Positions 1 through 7,776 of a DNA stretch of 64,000 bases are shown here, piece by piece. The notes under the pieces are model-generated. The model searched no databases and was not told the origin of the DNA. It saw nothing but the letters and a program-made list of their open reading frames with translations. Origin of the DNA: a bacterium (GTDB lineage: Bacteria > Patescibacteriota > Microgenomatia > UBA1400 > PJMF01). Positions within the stretch are counted from its first letter, which is position 1; each line of letters begins with the position of its first letter. The stretch covers positions 3,017 through 67,016 of the forward strand of contig OMJP01000025.1 in the NCBI GenBank assembly GCA_900299405.1. Direction: 5' to 3'. Both the position numbers and the translations under genes were made by a program.

Positions 1-1
1 G

Positions 2-940
2 CCAAGCATGTTTGTCGCCGAGATGCAGGAGCTCGATTCCGAAGAAAAACTATTCCAAGTGGTTGATCATCAGCAAATTCACCAACAAGCCGACCAGCAT
101 TTGGCCAAATTGCTCGAGCCAAACCAAGCGCTAATCACTGCAGATACTCAAAAAACTTATCTGCGCTGGCTGCTCGACAATTTCCGCTGGTCGCCCACCG
201 CTCTCGATGCCTATCTCAAAGATCCAGAAGAATTCATTCACTACAACTTACTGCGCGTGCCTCGGGCAAAAGCCTTGCCATTCTCTTTTGGTACTGCGGT
301 GCATAGCGCTCTCGAAAAGCACTACCAGGCTTTGCAGCAAGAGGGGAAACTACTATCCGTTGATCAACTATTGAAATACTTCGAGCAAGCTCTTTCCCAA
401 GAAATCTTGACCAAAAACGAGTTCGAAGATCGTCTCAAGTTCGGTAAAGAAATTCTCAGCCAATACCACCAGTATTATCAGGGAGATAAAGCCCAACCCC
501 TGCTCATCGAGCGTTTTTTCGGTAGCGGTAAACAGAAAGTGGTGCTCGATGATATCTTGCTGACAGGCCGCATTGATCGAATAGACTGGCTGAACCAAAA
601 AGCCAAGACTGTCAAAGTAGTCGACTACAAAACCGGTCGAGCCAAAAGCGCCAACGAAATCGAAGGCAAAACTGCTTCGACCAAATTATCCGAAAGAGAG
701 CAGCAACTACCCGACAGTATCAAAGGCTCATATAAAAGACAGTTATTATTTTATAAACTACTCACCGTGCTTGATAAAACTTTCCCTTATGAGGTAGTAG
801 AGGGGGAGTTTGATTTCATTCAGCCTAGCGATAGCGGCAGTTTTTTCCGACGTAATTTTTCTCTAGTAAAAGAAGATGTAACTGATTTAAAAAACCTCAT
901 CAAAGAAGTGGTTTCCGAACTACGACAACAATGGTCATAA
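2..940 (+). CDS. C-terminal PD-(D/E)XK (RecB/AddB-like) nuclease domain of an ATP-dependent helicase/nuclease; 5' end outside window
   Basis: WSPTAL...FGTAVHSALE and GRIDRID...VVDYKTG...QLLFY motifs; frame open from window start. Confidence 0.8.
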   Translation, partial: PSMFVAEMQELDSEEKLFQVVDHQQIHQQADQHLAKLLEPNQALITADTQKTYLRWLLDNFRWSPTALDAYLKDPEEFIHYNLLRVPRAKALPFSFGTAVHSALEKHYQALQQEGKLLSVDQLLKYFEQALSQEILTKNEFEDRLKFGKEILSQYHQYYQGDKAQPLLIERFFGSGKQKVVLDDILLTGRIDRIDWLNQKAKTVKVVDYKTGRAKSANEIEGKTASTKLSEREQQLPDSIKGSYKRQLLFYKLLTVLDKTFPYEVVEGEFDFIQPSDSGSFFRRNFSLVKEDVTDLKNLIKEVVSELRQQWS

Positions 941-1056
941 ACTCCTAGATTTTTTAATGTTATAGGGAATCCTATAACTATTGCAATATTGTCCTATATA
1001 GTATATACTGTAATTCTAGTTTTGCTAAAGTTAATAAGTTGAGAAATGGATGGCAT

Positions 1057-1635
1057 ATGAAGATAGTTTTTATAGCGTCTTTGTACGAGAAGGAAGCTCG
1101 CCAGTTCCATTATTTGTCGATTGTAGATTTGCTGGAAAGCCTGGGTCATCAGGTCATTCATCAGCACATTACCCAGCCTCAAGCCACTATTGAACAACTT
1201 ACCAGCTCTCAACCCAGCAATATCAAGTTTCACCAAAAAATCCTTAAACTAATCAAGAGTTCAGACTTGGTTGTGGCTGAAGTCACCAAACAAAGCGTTG
1301 GCGTCGGCTTCACTATCGCTGAGGCTCTAAAGGCTGACAAACCAGTGCTCGCTCTCAGTTCAGGAGAGATTCCGCCCATTACCAACTTCCTGGAAAAGCA
1401 TGATCTGTTGCTTGTGCATCACTATCCCAATATTCGCCAGCTCGAAGATGAGCTGGCTTTTTTATTGACCCAAATCGAGCCTCGCAAAGACAAAAAATTC
1501 AATATGTTTTTGTCGCTGGAGTTAGATCAATACTTGCTTGAGGCTGCGACCAACAAGAAGTTATCAAAATCAGAATACCTTCGTCGTCTGATAGAAAAAG
1601 ACCAACAACAAACAGCAGCTCTAGCCAAAGGCTAG
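1057..1635 (+). CDS. Nucleoside 2-deoxyribosyltransferase-like domain fused to a C-terminal ribbon-helix-helix domain
   Basis: SDLVVAEVT..SVGVGF..AL...KPVLAL NDT/Rcl-like pattern; KFNMFLSLELDQYL...KLSKSEYLRRLIE RHH pattern; ATG 1057. Confidence 0.6.
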   Translation: MKIVFIASLYEKEARQFHYLSIVDLLESLGHQVIHQHITQPQATIEQLTSSQPSNIKFHQKILKLIKSSDLVVAEVTKQSVGVGFTIAEALKADKPVLALSSGEIPPITNFLEKHDLLLVHHYPNIRQLEDELAFLLTQIEPRKDKKFNMFLSLELDQYLLEAATNKKLSKSEYLRRLIEKDQQQTAALAKG

Positions 1636-1658
1636 TTTTTTGCTTTATACTGGGTAAT

Positions 1659-2675
1659 ATGTTTGATTGGCTCTCTACCAAGAATAAAACTCAAGTAGTA
1701 ATTTCTCCCAGTATCGTGGTCTTCACCATCGCTTTCCTGGGCTTTGTTTACTTCCTGTTTTCGATCAAAAACATTTTGATGCTGGTGTTCTTGGCTTTCA
1801 TTCTAATGGTTGCTCTAAACCCAGCCGTCAATAGATTTCACAAAAAACTGCATTTACCTAGGGGACTGAGTATTACCTTGGCTTACGTGCTGTTCTTTTT
1901 CCTGATTGCTGCGGTAACTGCTTTGGTGTTACCACCCCTGACTAGTGAGTTGGTCAGACTAGTGAAAACCATTGATCTGCCTTATCTGCAAAGCATGATC
2001 GGTAGCAACTTTCAATTTTCCAATCTAGAAATTGGCAGCCTGGTCAATCAGTTCACCAGTTCGATTAATTTCCTGGTGAGTGCCGTTACCAGTACTTTCA
2101 CGAGTATCTTCACCTTTATTACCCTAATGATTATTTCTTTTTACTTGATGCTTGATCGTCCTAATTTGTACAAGAAGGCATCATGGTTTGCTAAAAATAA
2201 AAAACAAATAGCCCAAGCTGAAGAATTTATTGACAGTCTGGAAAAACAATTGGGAGGTTGGGTGAGGGGACAAGTCATTCTGATGGCTTCGATTGCTTTG
2301 ATGACTTATTTTGCTCTGACCATTCTGCAGATTCCGTTTGCTTTACCCCTGGCGATTATTGCTGGTTTGTTGGAAATCTTGCCCAATCTTGGCCCAGTGG
2401 TCTCGGCCGTTCCGGCGATCGCAATTGCTTATATCAATTTTGGTCCTGGTATGGCGGTGGCGATGGTGGTGCTTTACACCGTTATTCAGCAACTGGAAGG
2501 CAATCTACTGGTTCCCAAAATCATGCGTAAAAATGCTCATGTTAATCCGCTAGTTTCAATCGTTTCTATCTTGATCGGGCTACAACTGGGCGGGGTGATC
2601 GGAGCTTTGCTAGCTATTCCCGTCTATATCACGCTGAGAGCCGTCTATTCTGCTTGGAGAAATTCTCACTCGTAA
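1659..2675 (+). CDS. AI-2E family (PerM/YhhT) transporter
   Basis: Multi-TM; GWVRGQ, ILPNLGP, QQLEGNLLVPKIM and GGVIGALLAIP motifs. Confidence 0.9.
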   Translation: MFDWLSTKNKTQVVISPSIVVFTIAFLGFVYFLFSIKNILMLVFLAFILMVALNPAVNRFHKKLHLPRGLSITLAYVLFFFLIAAVTALVLPPLTSELVRLVKTIDLPYLQSMIGSNFQFSNLEIGSLVNQFTSSINFLVSAVTSTFTSIFTFITLMIISFYLMLDRPNLYKKASWFAKNKKQIAQAEEFIDSLEKQLGGWVRGQVILMASIALMTYFALTILQIPFALPLAIIAGLLEILPNLGPVVSAVPAIAIAYINFGPGMAVAMVVLYTVIQQLEGNLLVPKIMRKNAHVNPLVSIVSILIGLQLGGVIGALLAIPVYITLRAVYSAWRNSHS

Positions 2676-2715
2676 ATTGCCAGTTTTCTCTGATGAGTAA
2701 GATATAATGCCGCTG

Positions 2716-3837
2716 ATGGCAAAAAGTAGTTTGGCTGTTTATGCGTTTTCTGGCGATCCGATCACCTTCGGACATCTGGATATCATCGTGAGAGCCAAAA
2801 AGCTGTTTTCCAGAGTGATCGTCGCCATCGGCACCAACCCTGACAAATCCTATACTTTCAGCCTCAAAGAGCGCGTTCAGCTCGCCAAACAAGCCACCGC
2901 TCATCTGGATAAAGTCAAAGTGGTAAGTTTTGATGGCTTACTAGTCGATTTTGCTTATGAGCAGGGCGCTACAGCGATTGTCAAAGGGGTGCGCGACGTA
3001 TCTGATTTCCAATATGAACAAACCCTGAACAGTGTGGGTCTTAGCCAAAATCATGGCATCGAGACCGTGATTCTCTTTGCCCGCCCAGAGCTGGCACATA
3101 TTAGTTCCAGCGCTGTCAAAGACCTACAACGAGCCCAGGGACTAGTTCAAGACTATGTGTCTTTGGCAGTGAAAGTAGCTTTGGAGCATAAAATTTCTGG
3201 TCAAACCATCATCGGCATCACCGGTGAGATTGCCAGCGGTAAAACCTATCTGGCAGAAAAACTCACTGAGTTTGGCGAAAAGCAGGGCAGAGAACTACAT
3301 AATATTGATTTAGATCAGCTTGCTCACCAGATTCAGGATGAACTAACCGAGCCGCAGTATCAACAAGTGCGCCAACAAATCATCGACGAGTTTGGCAAAG
3401 AAATAAAAAAGAAAAATGGTTCGATCAATCGTCAAAAACTGGGAGAGCTTGTTTTCTCCGACAGAGAAAAACTGGACAGACTAAACCAAATCATGTGGAA
3501 GCCAGTGTTGGTGCGCCTGCGTCGTGAGCTGCAAGGTAAACAAGGAATCATCCTCATTAACAGCGCCTTGCTGGCAGAAGCTGATCTGCTGGCGGTCTGT
3601 AACAATCGCATTGTTCTCACCGAAGTAGACGAAAAAACCCAGAGGAAAAGACTAAAAGATCGTGGCTTGGATGCCAAGCAAATCAAGCGCCGGCTTGATT
3701 CTCAATTTACTGCTGGCAAAAAGAGAGAGTTGATTGAACAAGCCCTCCAAAAAGACTTTTTTGGTACCTTGTGGCAAGTGTCTGATCAGGCTGATCTGGA
3801 ACAATTTGCCAAGGAATTACTGACAGAGATTTCTTAA
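2716..3837 (+). CDS. coaD: Fused pantetheine-phosphate adenylyltransferase / dephospho-CoA kinase (CoaD-CoaE)
   Basis: N-term GDPITFGHLDII, KGVRDVSDFQYE, HISSSAVK (CoaD); C-term IIGITGEIASGKT, INRQKLGELVFSD (CoaE). Confidence 0.9.
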   Translation: MAKSSLAVYAFSGDPITFGHLDIIVRAKKLFSRVIVAIGTNPDKSYTFSLKERVQLAKQATAHLDKVKVVSFDGLLVDFAYEQGATAIVKGVRDVSDFQYEQTLNSVGLSQNHGIETVILFARPELAHISSSAVKDLQRAQGLVQDYVSLAVKVALEHKISGQTIIGITGEIASGKTYLAEKLTEFGEKQGRELHNIDLDQLAHQIQDELTEPQYQQVRQQIIDEFGKEIKKKNGSINRQKLGELVFSDREKLDRLNQIMWKPVLVRLRRELQGKQGIILINSALLAEADLLAVCNNRIVLTEVDEKTQRKRLKDRGLDAKQIKRRLDSQFTAGKKRELIEQALQKDFFGTLWQVSDQADLEQFAKELLTEIS

Positions 3838-3852
3838 TCTTCAAAACTCTTG

Positions 3853-3925
3853 TGCCAAGCTGAGGAGTCGAACCTCAATCTCATGTTTTTCAGACACGCG
3901 CCGTGACCACCTTGGCTAGCTTGGC
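3853..3925 (-). tRNA. tRNA-Phe(GAA)
   Basis: GCCAAGC acceptor, loop CT-GAA-AA, GGTTCGACTCC T arm. Confidence 0.93.
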
Positions 3926-3950
3926 TCTACAATACGATTGTTAATTTTCG

Positions 3951-4024
3951 TGGACTCGAGAGGGCTCGAACCTCTGACCTTCCGGATGTAAACCGGACGC
4001 TCTAACCAACTGAGCTACGAGTCC
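3951..4024 (-). tRNA. tRNA-Val(TAC)
   Basis: GGACTCG acceptor, CCGG-TTTACAT-CCGG anticodon arm, GGTTCGAG. Confidence 0.95.
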
Positions 4025-4028
4025 CAAT

Positions 4029-4085
4029 CTAGTTGGTAGTTAATAGTTGATAGACGCTTAGTCTTAACTATGAACTCTTAACTAG
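4029..4085. repeat. Heptamer (TAGTTRR / TTAACTA) inverted tandem repeat hairpin between tRNA genes
   Basis: TAGTTGG TAGTTAA TAGTTGA ... TTAACTA TGAACTC TTAACTA. Confidence 0.6.
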
Positions 4086-4090
4086 TTCCG

Positions 4091-4172
4091 TGCCCAGGAG
4101 AGGATTTGAACCTCCAAGGATTGCTCCATACGCACCTCAAGCGTACGCGTCTACCAATTTCGCCACCTGGGC
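4091..4172 (-). tRNA. tRNA-Leu(GAG)
   Basis: GCCCAGG acceptor, TT-GAG-GT loop, long variable arm, GGTTCAAATCC. Confidence 0.95.
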
Positions 4173-4194
4173 TCAAAACTCTCCGGGGGCAATG

Positions 4195-4268
4195 AGCGAG
4201 AAACGGGACTCGAACCCGCGACCTTCTCCTTGGCAAGGAGACGCTCTAGCCAACTGAGCTATTCTCGC
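4195..4268 (-). tRNA. tRNA-Gly(GCC)
   Basis: GCGAGAA acceptor, TT-GCC-AA loop, U73. Confidence 0.95.
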
Positions 4269-4338
4269 TTTTTAACTTAATTTTTTAAGTTGCTTAACCA
4301 GTCCTAACCAGTTAAGGTTACCAATTATATAACATTTG

Positions 4339-4423
4339 TGCCAGAGGTGGGACTTGAACCCACACGCCCGCAAGGAGCACTAGTTCCTGAAACTAGCCTG
4401 TCTACCAATTCCAGCACTCTGGC
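4339..4423 (-). tRNA. tRNA-Leu(CAG)
   Basis: GCCAGAG acceptor, CTAGT-TTCAGGA-ACTAG, long variable arm. Confidence 0.95.
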
Positions 4424-4451
4424 GAAAACAAGACCCTATTATAACAGTGAA

Positions 4452-5171
4452 TTAGCGCATTATCGTCGCTTTTAGACGTTGGAAAGCGGGGAACTTACGA
4501 CGGAAAGCCATCATGATCACATCTACCGCCTCATCGATAGAGTAGTGAGTGGTGTTTAGGGTAATGTCGTAGGCATTGCTTTTGTTTAGGTCTTGCTTAA
4601 AGTAGGTTTTGACAAACTCGGTTCGTTCTTTTTCTACCCGAGCAATCACTTCTTTGGCCTTTTCTTCGTTGAAACCTTCAAACTCCATCGCTCGCTGCAC
4701 CCGTACGTCGTAGGGAGCTACAATGTTGACGTGCAATCCTCTGGCAAAGGGAGTAATAAAGTTGCCTCCTCTTCCTAAGATAATGCAGTTGCCCTCGTGG
4801 GCAAAAGTGAGAATGACCCGACTTAGTTCTTTGGCAAAGCGATTGCCATCGACATATTCTGGGTTGAGCACTGAATGAACGATGTCGTTCACGTAGGTGC
4901 GGCCTTTTTCATCGATGCGCTTGATGATTGCTTTACGCTTTCTGGTAGATTTGGCTACTTCGTCAACAATTGACTCATCGCGCACCCGGAAATTTAGTTT
5001 TTCACCCAGCCTTCTGGCGATCGGTGCGCCACCGCTGCCCGGTTCGCGAGCGATGGTGATAAACGGTCTTTCAAAAAAATGTTCCTCAGAATCAGCTTCT
5101 TTGAGTAGCTGATCTTTGATGTTCAGAGTAGAAACAATTTTGTTGACGAGGGGATAGTAATCGATTTTCAT
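4452..5171 (-). CDS. Cytidylate kinase-like family protein
   Basis: ITIAREPGSGG P-loop, CIILGRGGNF, R..RAM LID region, YDITLNT. Confidence 0.85.
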   Translation of the reverse strand: MKIDYYPLVNKIVSTLNIKDQLLKEADSEEHFFERPFITIAREPGSGGAPIARRLGEKLNFRVRDESIVDEVAKSTRKRKAIIKRIDEKGRTYVNDIVHSVLNPEYVDGNRFAKELSRVILTFAHEGNCIILGRGGNFITPFARGLHVNIVAPYDVRVQRAMEFEGFNEEKAKEVIARVEKERTEFVKTYFKQDLNKSNAYDITLNTTHYSIDEAVDVIMMAFRRKFPAFQRLKATIMR

Positions 5172-5213
5172 TTGCCACAGTATAACCCATTTTCAGGATT
5201 TTTTAATGTTTCG

Positions 5214-5229
5214 TTTGGGATTTGTTCGG
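5214..5229. promoter_or_regulatory. Putative direct-repeat operator TTTGG-N6-TTCGG (candidate LexA box)
   Basis: TTTGGGATTTGTTCGG differs at 2 positions from TTTGGGATTTATTTGG upstream of lexA (56519-56534). Confidence 0.4.
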
Positions 5230-5279
5230 TATTTAAATAAACCTCCAGACAAGATAAAAATGTTATAATCTGGAGATAC

Positions 5280-5353
5280 GCGCCCGTGGCCTAATGGATA
5301 GGGCACTTGTCTTCGGAACAAGGTTTGTACAGGTTCAAGTCCTGTCGGGCGCA
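5280..5353 (+). tRNA. tRNA-Arg(TCG)
   Basis: GCGCCCG acceptor, CTTGT-CTTCGGA-ACAAG, GGTTCAAGTCC; TGnTATAAT just upstream. Confidence 0.93.
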
Positions 5354-5363
5354 CAAATATATA

Positions 5364-5388
5364 GAGAGCTCGAATCCCTCCTGAGGCA
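5364..5388 (+). pseudogene. Degenerate tRNA 3'-half fragment (T arm plus acceptor 3' strand)
   Basis: GAGAG-CTCGAAT-CCCTC-CTGAGGC-A followed by C, 10 nt after tRNA-Arg. Confidence 0.5.
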
Positions 5389-5393
5389 CGTTA

Positions 5394-6293
5394 TTATTCT
5401 TCGCTTGCTTCCGTCCTAGTAGAAACAAAATCTTTATAGTCTGAATCGGGATCATAAATGCTATACGAAAACTCGATTTCACCAGGATCTTCTTCGGGCT
5501 GTTCTTTTTTAGCCTTTTTTGTTTTTTTGGTTAAATATTGAGCCCTGTCTGCTGCCTCCAGCAGTGTTTCAACACTTAAATTATCTTTGGGTATTTGGCT
5601 GGCTGAAGCAAAGCCAAAACTTGCACTTAGGTTAAATAATAACTCTCTGGTATTTTTTTCAGCAATGTTGGTGTTTTGTTTTTCAAGACCTTCGATGATT
5701 CTTTCTACCACAAGTTTCGCTACTTCGAGGTTGGTAGAAAGCAACAACACAAATTCATCTCCTCCATACCGGTATATACTGTCCATCAGACGAGTGGTGT
5801 TGACAATGGTTCGATAAAAACTTTTGATAGCAACATCACCAACAACGTGCCCATAAGTGTCATTGATTTTTTTAAGACCGCCCAAATCCATAATCACTAG
5901 AGTAAAATCCTGACCAGTTTTGGAGTAGTTTTCAAAATGAGTATTAAAGTCCTTGCCAAATCTAAACCTGTTCAAAGAGCCAGTAAGAGAGTCTGTTTCT
6001 GACTCGCGCTCAGCTTCTTCAAACTTCCTGTCCTTGTCAGCCAATCGCTCAGCAGCAACAACCATAAATTTCAAGGCCGATGGCGGTCCATTTTGATAGC
6101 TTTCCATTAATCCTTGTCGTAAAGAGGATTCTCGAGCACCATCCTTCAATAGCTTCTGTCTAACGTCATAAAGCCTAATAATTAAATCAGCAGCAGCAGC
6201 AGCAACTTTCTTTTCCCCAGCAACGCGAAGGTCATCCAGCAGCAGCAACATTGCCTGACGAAAGTCTTCATTTTCTTTGCTCAGTTCTTTCAA
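5394..6293 (-). CDS. GGDEF diguanylate cyclase
   Basis: TDSLTG, KKINDTYGHVVGD, RLMD I-site five residues before GGDEF, SASFG, AADRAQY; start codon uncertain (TTG). Confidence 0.9.
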   Translation of the reverse strand: MKELSKENEDFRQAMLLLLDDLRVAGEKKVAAAAADLIIRLYDVRQKLLKDGARESSLRQGLMESYQNGPPSALKFMVVAAERLADKDRKFEEAERESETDSLTGSLNRFRFGKDFNTHFENYSKTGQDFTLVIMDLGGLKKINDTYGHVVGDVAIKSFYRTIVNTTRLMDSIYRYGGDEFVLLLSTNLEVAKLVVERIIEGLEKQNTNIAEKNTRELLFNLSASFGFASASQIPKDNLSVETLLEAADRAQYLTKKTKKAKKEQPEEDPGEIEFSYSIYDPDSDYKDFVSTRTEASEE

Positions 6294-6421
6294 TGGTGGT
6301 TGAAGTTCGTTTCTATTTAAATTTTCTGAGACGATTTAATTTTAACCAAATATTAATAATAATGATAGGACTCCAGGCTAGCAATCTCTAGAGAAAAAAA
6401 GTACAATACCAGTCGGTGGGC

Positions 6422-6495
6422 GGGCCAGTAGCTCAGTTGGTTAGAGCATCTGCCTCTTAAGCAGAGTGTCGTGAGTTCGAGTCTCACCTGGCTCA
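6422..6495 (+). tRNA. tRNA-Lys(CTT)
   Basis: GGGCCAG acceptor, TCTGC-CTCTTAA-GCAGA, GTTCGAGT. Confidence 0.95.
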
Positions 6496-6505
6496 CAAAG
6501 AAATT

Positions 6506-6799
6506 TTATAGGGTTGGAGTGTACTTAAATGCTTTTTTAAATGCTTTTAGCAATTTTTCAAATTTGTATTTACTTTGAATTCTTTCAGCCTTCAGATCTC
6601 TTAGCTTGGCGATAACTTCCATCTCAAAATTTCGCCAATCATTGGCTTCCCCAAAACCCAATCCGGGCTTCATCAATCTATGAAACAGCATCTCTGCTTT
6701 CATATCAATTTCTAGTACTTCAGGAGTGAAATCTCCTTTTCCAAAAACATTTTTGAGTAGTTCGGGTGGCCAACCGCCCATTTGTTCGTGCTGTGGCAT
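6506..6799 (-). CDS. Hypothetical protein (97 aa)
   Basis: ORF from ATG 6799 preceded by TACAAT; no recognisable motif. Confidence 0.55.
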   Translation of the reverse strand: MPQHEQMGGWPPELLKNVFGKGDFTPEVLEIDMKAEMLFHRLMKPGLGFGEANDWRNFEMEVIAKLRDLKAERIQSKYKFEKLLKAFKKAFKYTPTL

Positions 6800-6847
6800 A
6801 AGAGCGAAATTGTAACACAAGCGTTTTACATGCGCTATAATACTGCC

Positions 6848-7735
6848 ATGAAAGTCATCTCTGGCTCTTCGAATCCCCAACTGGCAAAAAATATTGCCCA
6901 GCAGCTAAAGACTGACTTGATTCCCTGCAAGATCGATAAGTTTGCCAATGGCGAAAAACGCATCATGGTCGATGCTGGTGCCCGCGGACAAAAAATTCTG
7001 CTGGTGCAATCGTTTTCCAAGCCGGTAGATGAGCACATCATCGAAACTTTGCTGATCGCAGACGCTCTGGAAAGACTGGGGGTGAAAAGCATTGAGTTGT
7101 TTGTGCCTTGGTTCGGTTACTCATTCCAAGACAAGGTTTTCCTGCCGGGTGAACCTTTGTCTGCTAAGGTGGTAGCTCGAATCTTGAGCGAAACATCGAT
7201 CAATAAAGCCTACCTGCTAGACCTGCACAACATCAGCATTCCAGGATTTTTCTCGATTCCTACTTATCACCTAACAGCCATGGATGTCTTTGCTCAGCAC
7301 GTCCAGAAAAAATACAAACTCAGCAATACTCTGGTCGTCAGCCCAGATTATGGCGGGCTGAAGAGAGCGAGAGCTTTTGCTGATATTCTCGATCTCGATC
7401 TGGCCAGTGTCGAAAAAAGGCGCAATCTCAAAACCGGCGAAGTTACTACCTCCAAACTCGATGGGGAAGTGGAGGGTAAAAACGTTTTGATTTTTGACGA
7501 CGCTATTTTGTCCGGCGGCACTACCGTCGAAGTTTCCAAGTTTCTCAAAGACCACGGAGCCAAAAAAATTCATTTCTTTGCCACCCATGGAGTCTTTACT
7601 GGCGAGGCCATCAAAGATCTGCAAAAATCCCCAGTAGACAGCGTCACCATTACCAATTCTATTTATCAGGATAAATTACCTGGAAAAATCGCTGTTCTAG
7701 ATATCTCATCTTCTCTGGTAGAAAATTTGTCATAG
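6848..7735 (+). CDS. prs: Ribose-phosphate pyrophosphokinase
   Basis: FANGE, DLHN, VSPDYGGLKRA, IFDDAILSGGT, ATHGVF; TATAAT 6 nt before ATG 6848. Confidence 0.95.
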   Translation: MKVISGSSNPQLAKNIAQQLKTDLIPCKIDKFANGEKRIMVDAGARGQKILLVQSFSKPVDEHIIETLLIADALERLGVKSIELFVPWFGYSFQDKVFLPGEPLSAKVVARILSETSINKAYLLDLHNISIPGFFSIPTYHLTAMDVFAQHVQKKYKLSNTLVVSPDYGGLKRARAFADILDLDLASVEKRRNLKTGEVTTSKLDGEVEGKNVLIFDDAILSGGTTVEVSKFLKDHGAKKIHFFATHGVFTGEAIKDLQKSPVDSVTITNSIYQDKLPGKIAVLDISSSLVENLS

Positions 7736-7776
7736 TAGCACTACAATAACTATTTTCCTCGCAAAAAAGGAGAATT

